Shown here one piece after another: positions 28,090-37,368 of a DNA stretch of 41,023 bases. The notes beneath the pieces are model-generated. The model searched no databases, was not told the origin of the DNA, and saw nothing but the letters and a program-made list of their open reading frames with translations. The DNA comes from Oleiphilaceae bacterium (GTDB lineage: Bacteria > Pseudomonadota > Gammaproteobacteria > Pseudomonadales > Oleiphilaceae). The stretch spans positions 1-41,023 of the forward strand of contig JBFHRO010000001.1 in the NCBI GenBank assembly GCA_041591635.1, written 5' to 3'. Both the position numbers and the translations under genes were made by a program. Each line of letters opens with the position of its first letter. The first letter of the stretch is position 1.

Positions 28090-29604
28090 TCAACCCAAAA
28101 ACAGCTGATAGGCCGGGTTGTCTGATTCCTCCCAGTAACGGAACCCCACTTTATCCAGCATGGCAACAAATTCTGACCGGTCGGCGTCATCCACCTGAAC
28201 GCCCATCAACACGCGGCTGTAGGCGGCTCCATGATTACGGTAGTGGAACATGGAGATATTCCAGCGCGTTCCCAATGACATTAAAAACCGCATCAGGGCA
28301 CCCGGGCGCTCGGGAAATTCAAATCGAAACACCTTTTCATTGTGAACATTGACGGCGTGTCCACCTACCATGTGGCGAATATGCAGTTTCGCCAATTCAT
28401 TGTCGGTCAAATCAACCACCGGATAACCAGACTCCGTCAGACTTTCAACCAGCTCTTCGCGCCCTTTGCCGCCGTGCTCAATTTGCACACCGACAAATAT
28501 TCTCGCGTCCTGCTGATCGGCATAGCGGTAATTGAATTCAGTAATATTGCGCTTGCTCAGGGCCTGAATGAACTTCTTGAAGCTTCCAGGCTTTTCCGGC
28601 AAGGTCACCGCAAGCACGGCCTCCCGTTTCTCACCGATTTCGGTACGTTCGGAGATATAGCGCAGACGATCAAAATTGACGTTGGCACCGCTCACTACGG
28701 CCACCAGATTTTCGTTAACAAGACCTTCCCGCTCGACGTATTTCTTTAAACCCGCCACAGCCAAAGCCCCCGCAGGCTCGGCAATGGATCTTGCATCATC
28801 AAATACATCCTTGATGGCAGCACAGATTTCATCGGTAGTGACCTTGATCACCTCGTCAACGCAACTCATGGCGACTTCAAACGGCAGCTCACCGATTTGC
28901 TTCACCGCCACTCCGTCAGCAAAAATGCCCACCTCATCGAGAATCACCCTGCGACGATGCCGCATGGCTTCGTACAAACAAGCGGACTCCTCAGACTCCA
29001 CCCCGATGACCTTGATCGAGGGGCGCAGATATTTGATGTACGCAGCCATCCCTGCCACCAGCCCGCCACCGCCCACCGGGATGAACACCGCATGCAGGGG
29101 CGCCGTGTGCTGCCACATCAGTTCCATCGCCACCGTGCCCTGACCGGCGATAACCTCTTCATCGTCATAAGGCGGGATGTACACGTAGCCTTTCTTTTCA
29201 ACCAGCTCACGGGCATGCGTGGCCGCCTCATCAAAAGCATCGCCCTTGAGAATCACCTTGGCACCCCGTGATCGCACCGAATTCACTTTGATTTCCGGCG
29301 TCGTTTGCGGCATCACAATCGTCGCTTTGATTCCCAGTTTTTGCGCCGCCAGAGCAACACCCTGAGCATGATTGCCCGCTGAAGCGGCAATCACACCGCG
29401 AGCCTTGTCGGCCTCGGACAACTGGGCCACCTTGTTATAGGCACCGCGAATCTTGAAAGAAAATACGGGCTGAAGGTCCTCTCTTTTCAACAAAATGTGA
29501 TTCGAAAAACGCTCACTCAAAAAGCGGGCCAATGTCAGAGGTGTTTCGATGGCAACATCATAAACACGGGCATCAAGGATTTTCTTTATATATCGTTGCG
29601 GCAT
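28090..29604 (-). CDS. ilvA: biosynthetic threonine dehydratase
   Basis: MPQRYIKKILDARVYDVAIETPL...FSFKIRGAYNK (PLP lysine motif), followed by two C-terminal ACT-like regulatory repeats. The start was reset to ATG 29604. Confidence 0.93.
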   Translation of the reverse strand: MPQRYIKKILDARVYDVAIETPLTLARFLSERFSNHILLKREDLQPVFSFKIRGAYNKVAQLSEADKARGVIAASAGNHAQGVALAAQKLGIKATIVMPQTTPEIKVNSVRSRGAKVILKGDAFDEAATHARELVEKKGYVYIPPYDDEEVIAGQGTVAMELMWQHTAPLHAVFIPVGGGGLVAGMAAYIKYLRPSIKVIGVESEESACLYEAMRHRRRVILDEVGIFADGVAVKQIGELPFEVAMSCVDEVIKVTTDEICAAIKDVFDDARSIAEPAGALAVAGLKKYVEREGLVNENLVAVVSGANVNFDRLRYISERTEIGEKREAVLAVTLPEKPGSFKKFIQALSKRNITEFNYRYADQQDARIFVGVQIEHGGKGREELVESLTESGYPVVDLTDNELAKLHIRHMVGGHAVNVHNEKVFRFEFPERPGALMRFLMSLGTRWNISMFHYRNHGAAYSRVLMGVQVDDADRSEFVAMLDKVGFRYWEESDNPAYQLFLG

Positions 29605-29806
29605 GGGCTTTGGGGCTTCTTGTTGATTAAAAATAGGGAGGGGTAGATTGTCGTTGCCGGCGTTCTGGCAGAAGGGCCGGAGCAGGGTGCGACAAGAAAC
29701 CAACAGAATCAAGATACAGCTTGAGCGCGAAATTCTAGCGCAAAGCTGCCAGGGGTTCGAGTATCCGCGCACGTTTGTGTGAATTGCCCCGATGGCAGCA
29801 ACGGGC

Positions 29807-29843
29807 GGTTGCCTGTACTTGTAAGATCAGCGTACAGGCAACC
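29807..29843 (-). terminator. perfect 12-bp-stem hairpin just downstream of nhaA (terminator-like, no U-tract)
   Basis: GGTTGCCTGTAC, a 13-nt loop, then GTACAGGCAACC. It lies 19 nt after the nhaA stop and upstream of ilvA. Confidence 0.4.
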
Positions 29844-29861
29844 CACGGAGAAGCGGCGGAA

Positions 29862-31043
29862 CTAAGCAACCCGCCGAGGGAGAACCACATTCAACAGCAG
29901 ATAACCCAAAAGCCCCGACAGCAATGAGCCCACCAGAATTCCCAAGCGTTCATCAAACACGTGAGAAACCGCTGTGGTACTGCTGAACGCCAGCGATCCG
30001 ATAAACAGACTCATGGTAAACCCGACACCACAGAGAATTGCCACCCCCAGCAACTGAATCCAGCTCACCCCTGTGGGCAATACTACCCAACGCAGCTTCG
30101 CGGCTATCCAGCAAAAACCAAACACGCCCAACGGCTTGCCAAGCAACAGACCCAACATGATCCCCAGTGGCACAGGATGGGTAAAGGACTCCATGCTCAA
30201 ACCTTCGAAGGGCAAACCTGCATTGGCAAAGGCAAACACCGGCAAAATGAAAAACGATACCGAGGGGTGAAGATCATGCTCAAGCTCTCGCGCCGGCGAA
30301 CGCTCGGGGTCTTTTGGACAGCGCAACGGAATAAACATGGCAAGAACAATACCTGCCAGCGTTGCGTGAACTCCCGATTTCAGCACGGCCGCCCACATGA
30401 TAAACCCCACCAGCATGTAAGGCACAGGTACCGAGATCTTCAACATCCGATTCATGACGAACAAGACCACCAGACAACTGCAGGCAACAGTCAAGGCGAA
30501 GAGCGACAGATCGTGCGTGTAGAAAATGGCGATCACCACGATGGCACCAACATCGTCAAACACCGCCAGCGACACCAGAAAAACCTTGAGTGACAGCGGC
30601 ACGCGCTTACCAAGCAGCGCCAGCACGCCCATGGCAAAAGCAATATCCGTGGCCGCAGGAATGGCCCATCCCCCCAGGGTTTCAGGGCTTCTCCAGTTAA
30701 TGGCTGCGTAAATCAGCGCTGGCACCAGCATCCCGCCAAAGGCGCCAACGGCGGGCAAGACGATTTTCCGCACTTCTGACAACTCGCCCTCGAGCACTTC
30801 GCGCTTGAGCTCAAGACCGATGAGAAAGAAAAAAACCGCCATCAGTCCATCATTGATCCACAACAGCAAGGGCTTGCCGATAAATAGAGGGCCGAAGCGA
30901 ATTTCCACCGGCACTTCAAGAAATTGACTGTAAATGGCAGCGAGCACAGGGGTATTGGCGAAAAACAATGCCAACATCGCCGCAACACAAAGCAAAATGC
31001 CACTGGCCGAATCTTTCTTCAAGAAATCCTTTATTTCCTGCAT
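29862..31043 (-). CDS. nhaA: Na+/H+ antiporter NhaA
   Basis: MQEIKDFLKKDSASGILL...WINDGLMAVFFFLIGLELKRE...FDDVGAIVVIA (the DD motif). Start at ATG 31043, with a GTG two codons upstream in the ORF track. Confidence 0.93.
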   Translation of the reverse strand: MQEIKDFLKKDSASGILLCVAAMLALFFANTPVLAAIYSQFLEVPVEIRFGPLFIGKPLLLWINDGLMAVFFFLIGLELKREVLEGELSEVRKIVLPAVGAFGGMLVPALIYAAINWRSPETLGGWAIPAATDIAFAMGVLALLGKRVPLSLKVFLVSLAVFDDVGAIVVIAIFYTHDLSLFALTVACSCLVVLFVMNRMLKISVPVPYMLVGFIMWAAVLKSGVHATLAGIVLAMFIPLRCPKDPERSPARELEHDLHPSVSFFILPVFAFANAGLPFEGLSMESFTHPVPLGIMLGLLLGKPLGVFGFCWIAAKLRWVVLPTGVSWIQLLGVAILCGVGFTMSLFIGSLAFSSTTAVSHVFDERLGILVGSLLSGLLGYLLLNVVLPRRVA

Positions 31044-31157
31044 CCCCACACTCCACTGAATAATTGCCTGAGATTCATAAGGTTACATCGATTGGCCGGG
31101 CAGTATACCCCGACACCAAAATGCCAATACTTACAATAGCGTAACCTTTCGCACAAA

Positions 31158-32162
31158 TTACGCCGGGGCCGAAACCATGGCCAAAAGCGTATCCAGCATC
31201 CGGTTGGAGAACCCCCACTCATTGTCATACCAGGCCATGACCTTCACCTGACGCCCGCACACGCGCGTCTGGCTCGCATCGAAGACGGCAGAAGCAGGAT
31301 TATGATTGAAATCAATCGATACCAGTGGCAGATCGTTGTACTCCAGAACCGGCGATACAGCAGCCGCCTGCTTCATGATGGCATTGATGTCGTCGGCACA
31401 GGTTGGTTTGCCGGCAATAAACGACAGATCCACCAAAGATACGTTAGCCAGCGGAATCCGGATTGCCTGACCGTCAAGACGCCCCTGCAATTGCGGCAAC
31501 ACCAATCCTACGGCAGCGGCAGCGCCGGTTTTGGTGGGGATCATGGAAAGGACGGCCGCACGGGCACGGTACATATCCTTGTGATACATATCGCCCAAAT
31601 GCTGATCATTGGTGTAGGCATGAATAGTGGTCATCAGCCCGCTCTCTATGCCAATGCTTTCATGCAGCACCTGCGCAATGGGGGCCAGGCAATTGGTGGT
31701 ACAGGAGGCATTGGACACAAGCCGATGCGCCTGTCGCAGAATCTGCGTGTTAACGCCAAAGACAACGGTGGCATCAACTCCCTCGGCAGGCGCCGAAATC
31801 AGCACCTTGCCGGCGCCGGCATCCAGATGCTTGCGGGCATCGGTGGCATTGGTAAAACGCCCGGTGCATTCGAGCACTACATCAACATTGAGCGCCGCCC
31901 AAGGCAGTTTCTGCGGTTCTTTTTCGGCCACCACCGCCACATCATCCACCCCGATGGTCAGCTTTCCTGCACCGGGAGTAACCTTTTGTGCAAACCGCCC
32001 ATGCACCGAATCGTATTGCAAGAGATGCGCATTGGTTTTCGCATCGCCAAGATCATTGACCGCGACGACCTCAATACGATCACGGTAGCCATTCTCATAG
32101 AGCGCACGCACAATATTTCTGCCGATACGCCCAAAACCGTTAATCGCAATTCTCACTGCCAT
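31158..32162 (-). CDS. gap: type I glyceraldehyde-3-phosphate dehydrogenase
   Basis: [16 protein letters not shown]...[12 protein letters not shown]...[12 protein letters not shown]. The start was reset to ATG 32162. Confidence 0.9.
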   Translation of the reverse strand: MAVRIAINGFGRIGRNIVRALYENGYRDRIEVVAVNDLGDAKTNAHLLQYDSVHGRFAQKVTPGAGKLTIGVDDVAVVAEKEPQKLPWAALNVDVVLECTGRFTNATDARKHLDAGAGKVLISAPAEGVDATVVFGVNTQILRQAHRLVSNASCTTNCLAPIAQVLHESIGIESGLMTTIHAYTNDQHLGDMYHKDMYRARAAVLSMIPTKTGAAAAVGLVLPQLQGRLDGQAIRIPLANVSLVDLSFIAGKPTCADDINAIMKQAAAVSPVLEYNDLPLVSIDFNHNPASAVFDASQTRVCGRQVKVMAWYDNEWGFSNRMLDTLLAMVSAPA

Positions 32163-32319
32163 AGCCGTCACCCCCAAAAATTCTGCCACACACAAGACAC
32201 CCAGAGCAGCCCAGGTAATACCCAGTTTAGGTAAGGAACATCAAATAAGACACTGATTGAACACCCTCAAAGATAAAAACCGCCTAAACTCTAGTAATCC
32301 GACAAATCACACACGGGAA

Positions 32320-33279
32320 ATGCGCATGCCCGCCTCTCCGCTCACCGACAAAGCGCTTCTTGAGCGCCTCGAAACGCGACTGGGATTTGTCCACGCACGG
32401 CAACGTCTGGGGGTTGAGCAGGATCACGCTGCCCAGGTATTCGGCTTTGGTCGCAATTTTTTTCACATTGAGAACTGGTATTCGGTGCACGGCTTTATTC
32501 GTGGCAGCCTGCGCCTGGCAGGTCTGTACCACAAGGGGCGTCGCAACTGCTGTAACATCGAACTGCGTCGGCATCGGTTTACCGTCAAAAAACTGCCCCC
32601 GGCCTTTGAAGGCTATTGCATACTGCACCTGAGCGACTTGCACGTTGACATGTACCGGCCAGCCTTGCTGGCACTCATCGCCCGGATAAAAGATCTCAAG
32701 TACGACCTTTGTGTGATGACCGGTGACTATCGGGCCCGAACATTCGGTGACATAGATTCCGCCATTGAGGGCATGCGCTTACTGCGGCAGGTCATTAAAG
32801 GCGATATATACGCGGTACTGGGCAATCACGACAGCATTACCATGGTTCCCGAGCTGGAAGACATGGGCATTCGCTTGCTGCTCAATGAAAACGTGCAACT
32901 CACCCGGGCAGGTGAACAGCTGTTTCTGGCGGGAATCGACGATGCCCACTATTTCCGGGTCGACAACATCGAGAAAGCCGCCCAAGGGCTCAGTCTCAAC
33001 AATACCAACATACTCCTGTCGCACACACCCGCTGTGTTTCGACAGGCCGCCCATGCCGGTTTCGATCTGTTTTTGTGTGGCCACACCCATGGCGGCCAGA
33101 TCTGTTTGCCAGGCGGTGTGCCCGTTACCCTCGACTCGGATTGCCCGCGTTATGTCGGCAAAGGTGCCTGGCAATACCATCAGATGCAAGGCTATACCTC
33201 GGTGGGTGCCGGCTCTTCCGTGGTCAATGTGCGCCTGAACTGCCCGCCGGAAGTTACCCTGCACTATCTGCATCGCTGA
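32320..33279 (+). CDS. metallophosphoesterase (calcineurin-like)
   Basis: Motifs HLSDLHVD, GDY, GNHD, SHTP and GHTHGGQ occur in canonical order. The start is ATG 32320 or 32326, and the ORF-track start 32257 is a TTG. Confidence 0.8.
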   Translation: MRMPASPLTDKALLERLETRLGFVHARQRLGVEQDHAAQVFGFGRNFFHIENWYSVHGFIRGSLRLAGLYHKGRRNCCNIELRRHRFTVKKLPPAFEGYCILHLSDLHVDMYRPALLALIARIKDLKYDLCVMTGDYRARTFGDIDSAIEGMRLLRQVIKGDIYAVLGNHDSITMVPELEDMGIRLLLNENVQLTRAGEQLFLAGIDDAHYFRVDNIEKAAQGLSLNNTNILLSHTPAVFRQAAHAGFDLFLCGHTHGGQICLPGGVPVTLDSDCPRYVGKGAWQYHQMQGYTSVGAGSSVVNVRLNCPPEVTLHYLHR

Positions 33280-33371
33280 TTTTCCTCGCCCGGGGCAAGG
33301 CAGACTCGAAATTACTCCACATCAGCCCCCGTCAGCCACTACAGCCGGCTTGAGCACTACCCTGGTAGAGG

Positions 33372-33851
33372 CTAGTGCGGGCGTCTGCGAATGCCGAGTC
33401 GAAAAAGGATCGGTGACGAAACCAGACACACCAACACAAACAGCGCCACCACCTGCAAAATAAGCACTGCGGGAAACTCTCCCACAAACCAGGCAAACCA
33501 AAGCGGCAGCAGCGATTCAGGGATCTGATCCATCAACATAAAGCGGCCGCCGCTTTCCATCCCGATCCGGCGTTTGACAAAACTGGTAAGCAGATCGCCC
33601 ACCATACACAAAGCCGCAAAACCCGCACCAAACCACGGTGACCACCCCATCACCCACGCAAGCAGAGCACCTGTGCTGACACTCGCCAGCAGCCCCCGCC
33701 AGGTCTTGCTGGCACCCAGCCAACGCCGGCCGTCTTTTGCCATCCGGCCGCCATCGACCGGCCACTCACCCCGTGCACCGCACATCCGGGTGGCCACCAC
33801 GGGAGCACCGTTACAGGCCACCAACAGCAACAGCAACTCGATTACCTGCAT
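33372..33851 (-). CDS. CDP-archaeol synthase-like (CarS/DUF46 family) integral membrane cytidylyltransferase homologue
   Basis: 159 aa from ATG 33851. PVDGG....DGRRWLGASKTWRG and GDLLTSFVKRRIGMESGGRFMLMDQIPE match the CarS-family pattern as I remember it from archaeal CarS. About five hydrophobic segments are present. Confidence 0.7.
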   Translation of the reverse strand: MQVIELLLLLVACNGAPVVATRMCGARGEWPVDGGRMAKDGRRWLGASKTWRGLLASVSTGALLAWVMGWSPWFGAGFAALCMVGDLLTSFVKRRIGMESGGRFMLMDQIPESLLPLWFAWFVGEFPAVLILQVVALFVLVCLVSSPILFRLGIRRRPH

Positions 33852-33876
33852 GCACCCAATCCTGCCCTGGCGATCA

Positions 33877-34167
33877 TCAAAGCGCCGGAACCGAGACGGA
33901 GCGCAGGCGAACCTGATCATAAATCGCCGTAACCTGCTCAAACCGCAACACCAGGGTGTGAACCGTGTTGGCGTAAGCGTCGTGCAAATGAAACTTGAAT
34001 CGTTTCTGCTCGCCACCTTGCAGATAGCGATCATACTCGCGCACCAGTTCACGCACATCGCCGGGAGACTGCGGACTCCAAATGGCGTTGAACGGCCCCA
34101 GCACCGCCCCTCCTTGCAGGCACACAGTCACTTCATGATGAGTCAAGGCATCGTCGGAAGAATTCAT
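33877..34167 (-). CDS. hypothetical protein (96 aa)
   Basis: ATG-started ORF with ordinary composition that ends 25 nt before the CarS-like start. I do not recognise the family. Confidence 0.5.
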   Translation of the reverse strand: MNSSDDALTHHEVTVCLQGGAVLGPFNAIWSPQSPGDVRELVREYDRYLQGGEQKRFKFHLHDAYANTVHTLVLRFEQVTAIYDQVRLRSVSVPAL

Positions 34168-34306
34168 GGCGTTGGACTCCTGTTGGCAATCAGTTAAACG
34201 GCATCACAGCTCGGTCGCTCTACCTCAAGCTTAGCTGCCCGCCTCAGGATCCGCATCACTTAAGCCAGACGAAAGGTCCGGCAATGCAAAGAACGCCAAA
34301 AACCCG

Positions 34307-35770
34307 TTAACCGGGCAAGCAAGGCGCCACCTCAGCCTTGCCCGGTGCAAGAAAACGCTCAGGGCGATGCAAATCCAGTTCTGCGACACACTGACGAACC
34401 ACTCGGTCCGGATTCTGAAACAACCCCGCATCGGCAATCATGCCAAACTGCACCTGGCCTGCGTAGCTGATAATGCTGAGCCCCAAACCAATATCTGCCG
34501 TTTGAGGCACCCAAAACATCTGCTCACGAATTCTTGCTCCCGCCATGTATCTCGGCGTTCGCGGCCCGGGCACATTCGACAGAACTCCCGAGGATTTTTT
34601 GCAAAACAGCGCCATCAGCGGCCGCTGCAGCTTGCCGGGCAACCAGCCTGTGGCGCACAAGAGTGCGTAGGAGGTCGCCGGCTGCACGGATTGCTTGAGC
34701 ACCTCCATCTCATGCTTGAGTCGGTACACACGCTCAAGAGGATTGGCAATGCCTACCGGCAAGGACACAAACACCATCCCAAAGCAATTACCCAGCGCGG
34801 GCTCCGCCGCCGCTGCCAATGATCGGATATTAACCGGCACAGTAACGTGGATCTGCTTGTCGGCGACGGATTCACCGGCCCTGAGCATCTCCGCTCTCAA
34901 GGCGCCGGCAACGCATGAAAGCAACAGATCATTGATCTTGCACCCGAGTGCGTGGGAAATATCGGCAAACCACGCCAGCGGCAAGGGCTCAGACCAGGCA
35001 CAGGCCTTTCTGATCCCCAGTGTCCCTTTGAGGCAGGTCTTAGGGTCGGAAGGCATTAGCGCAAGCCTCGCCACTTCGGCAATCCCCCTCGCACCCTTTT
35101 TCAGGTAGGACTTCAGCGCAGATGAATCATGCAACAGGTGTCGACCTTCATCCGACACCCTCTGCCCCAAATGTTCATAACGCTCAAACGTATGTACGGC
35201 AGCCTCAAGGACATGCTGATACAGCGGCCAAGGCAGAGCCATCGGCAAGTGGGACTCGATCTCGTCCGCGTCGTGGATTTTTTCTACCGCAACGGCCCGA
35301 AGCTTTTGCGGCAGAGGCTTGGCATCGGTGATGCTGTGCAATAACTGAATGAGTGCAATACCATCGGCATAGCAATGATGCACGCGCACGATCAGGGCAA
35401 CACCATCCTGATAGTTTTCGACAAAATACATTTGCCACAACGGCCTGTGCTTATCGAGCGGCACACTTAACAAGTCGGCCAGATAGTGCTGCAAGGCAGC
35501 CTTGTCGGCCTTGCCTGGCAACGCAACCTGATGCAAGTGGTTATCCAGGTGAAACCAGGGGTCATCTTCCCAGTAGTAGCTGCCGGAAACGCGCACGGGG
35601 CGCTGGCGAAAGCGGGAAAATCGCAGCAGGCGGCTGGCAATGTGCCGGGAAAAGGCAGCATAGTCCACCTTGTCCAGAACCATCATGGCATGAATGACCA
35701 TGAGATTGCTGGGGCTGTCCATTCTCAACCAGGTGGTATCCACACCCGACAGGGGCTCCCGAGGCTGCAT
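34307..35770 (-). CDS. wax ester synthase/diacylglycerol acyltransferase (WS/DGAT)
   Basis: Catalytic HHCYADGIAL (the HHxxxDG motif). The N-terminus MQPREPLSGVDTTWLRMDSPSNLM is typical of the family. GGGAGA RBS precedes ATG 35770, and the 531-aa TTG-started ORF-track version is over-extended. Confidence 0.88.
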   Translation of the reverse strand: MQPREPLSGVDTTWLRMDSPSNLMVIHAMMVLDKVDYAAFSRHIASRLLRFSRFRQRPVRVSGSYYWEDDPWFHLDNHLHQVALPGKADKAALQHYLADLLSVPLDKHRPLWQMYFVENYQDGVALIVRVHHCYADGIALIQLLHSITDAKPLPQKLRAVAVEKIHDADEIESHLPMALPWPLYQHVLEAAVHTFERYEHLGQRVSDEGRHLLHDSSALKSYLKKGARGIAEVARLALMPSDPKTCLKGTLGIRKACAWSEPLPLAWFADISHALGCKINDLLLSCVAGALRAEMLRAGESVADKQIHVTVPVNIRSLAAAAEPALGNCFGMVFVSLPVGIANPLERVYRLKHEMEVLKQSVQPATSYALLCATGWLPGKLQRPLMALFCKKSSGVLSNVPGPRTPRYMAGARIREQMFWVPQTADIGLGLSIISYAGQVQFGMIADAGLFQNPDRVVRQCVAELDLHRPERFLAPGKAEVAPCLPG

Positions 35771-36263
35771 TTTCGTCTCCCGTTGAAGTTCGTGTGAAGT
35801 ACGCAGGCAAGCCAGGACGCCCGCCTTATTCATGACGCAACCGACCACACCAAAGGAAAGCATAGCCCCTGCGCCATTGCACATAAGAACAATTTGTAAC
35901 AAAAAATTACATCGACTTAATAATGTGTGATTTATACTCGAATCAACGCATTATGGATTTATTTTGCCATTCTGATCACAAATCAGCGCCAACCGGTGTT
36001 TTGCACATCACCCAACGCAAAGCCTGCGGTTATCAACGGATACGGAATTCCTGTCAGCTCACTCAAACGCCATGATTTGGCGCGCAGGCATGCGTTAAAT
36101 CAATACCAGGCCGCCAGTGACGCGATAATAATGACAACAAAGCCACAGCAGGGCCCGGGCCCTTGATACCGTTAGCAGATCGCAACACGCGTTGCGCCTG
36201 ACGGTTGGACCGCCGGGAAAGCGCGCACGGAAGCCACAAAAACAACGCTAACACTTCGACTTG

Positions 36264-36299
36264 TTCAAGTCGTGACTACTTTTCAAGTCGTGACTACTT
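36264..36299 (+). repeat. perfect tandem direct repeat, 2 x 18 bp (TTCAAGTCGTGACTACTT)
   Basis: Read directly from the sequence: 36264-36281 is identical to 36282-36299. It ends 3 nt before the GGAGA RBS of the hydrolase gene. Confidence 0.95.
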
Positions 36300-36314
36300 C
36301 CTGGAGAGCACTGA

Positions 36315-37238
36315 ATGAAAGCGATCCACGCGAGAAAGCTCATCAAATCGATTGAGCCTACCTACACCGAGATGTTTTCGGGCAGGGTGTACACGGTGGG
36401 CAAAGGCGCCGTTTCTGTTCGCAAACACAGCGGCAAGGCTGAGCACACCGTCATTGGCGTCCACGGATTTCTGGAAAACCACTGCTACTTTACACAAAGC
36501 TATCAAGACCCCACTACCGAACTGATTCTGCTCACCTGCAGCAACTATCACGTACCTGTGAGCGGCCCCGTACTGGAACCGGCCGAGTGGGAAGTTCCCA
36601 TCAAATACCTTGAAGCCACCATTGAGTACGATGCGTGCATTCTGAACCAGGCACTGGTCAACCTGCCCTCCACCAGCAAGATTCGCGTGCATGGCCACTC
36701 CCGTGGCGGTGCCGTGATTGTGGAAGCCCTGCGCCAGCGCCCCGAGCTTTATGAAAATGTCGATATTGTGCTGGAGGCCCCGGTGCTTCCCCAAGGACAG
36801 CTCCACGCCCTGGCCGCCAGCCTGCTCGAGCCGGTCAGCCATGGCATGTGGCCCTGGCTGGTGCGACTCATCAACAGCACGCCAACCAATGCTTATGGCC
36901 AGACCTTCTTTGGCAAAATGAATCCGCGCAAAAAGCAGCTGCTGAGCAAGCTCTTTACTGCCACCAAAGATCACCTGACCATTGTTCGCAACATCGAAAA
37001 CATCATGGGGTGGATGGAAAAAACCCAGGTTGATGTGTACAACCACATGAAACATGGCACCTTTTTGATTCCCCGGGTTGACCGCATCCTGGATCGCAAG
37101 GCAATGCTCGCCAGCGCTGAATCCAGCCCCAACTCGGTAAGAATCATCGAAACCGATTCACCGAGCCACTTCATTACGCTCGACAATGTCGAATGGGTGC
37201 CATCGCTTGACCTGCTGCCCAGAGTCGCCACCGGCTAA
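36315..37238 (+). CDS. alpha/beta hydrolase (esterase/lipase-like)
   Basis: HGFLEN oxyanion region, nucleophile elbow GHSRGG, late Asp (PRVDRILD) and His (SPSHF). The antisense ORF 36294..37055 is judged to be a shadow. Confidence 0.8.
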   Translation: MKAIHARKLIKSIEPTYTEMFSGRVYTVGKGAVSVRKHSGKAEHTVIGVHGFLENHCYFTQSYQDPTTELILLTCSNYHVPVSGPVLEPAEWEVPIKYLEATIEYDACILNQALVNLPSTSKIRVHGHSRGGAVIVEALRQRPELYENVDIVLEAPVLPQGQLHALAASLLEPVSHGMWPWLVRLINSTPTNAYGQTFFGKMNPRKKQLLSKLFTATKDHLTIVRNIENIMGWMEKTQVDVYNHMKHGTFLIPRVDRILDRKAMLASAESSPNSVRIIETDSPSHFITLDNVEWVPSLDLLPRVATG

Positions 37239-37262
37239 CCAAGCCCGATAGACATGCCCCCT

Positions 37263-37299
37263 GCACAAAGGCCGACCACCGCGGCCTTTGTGCTTTTGT
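37263..37299 (+). terminator. Rho-independent terminator of the hydrolase gene
   Basis: GCACAAAGGCCG-ACCACCG-CGGCCTTTGTGC (12-bp stem) followed by TTTTGT. Confidence 0.85.
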
Positions 37300-37368
37300 A
37301 CCACCCGGCATCACAGTACACTAGACGCGCTTTTTCATTCGCTTCCAGTTCGCAGGAAACCGTCATCG

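Noticed and set aside
27956-28190. Small ORFs in the AT-rich gap: a 50-aa + strand ORF I translated from 27956 to 28108, and the 71-aa - strand ORF 27975..28190.
   Set aside because: Both overlap the 3' end of ilvA, lack an RBS and have odd composition. They are likely chance ORFs in AT-rich DNA.
35927-36254. ORFs 35927..36166 (+, GTG start) and 36063..36254 (-) in the long WS/DGAT/hydrolase intergenic region.
   Set aside because: They have no RBS, non-ATG or poorly placed starts, overlap each other, and their sequences are not protein-like. The region is better treated as regulatory or non-coding.
36294-37055. 253-aa minus-strand ORF overlapping the alpha/beta hydrolase gene.
   Set aside because: The plus-strand frame carries an ordered hydrolase motif set (HGF, GHSRGG, Asp, His), an RBS and a downstream terminator. 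The minus-strand product has no motifs and would start inside the tandem repeat.
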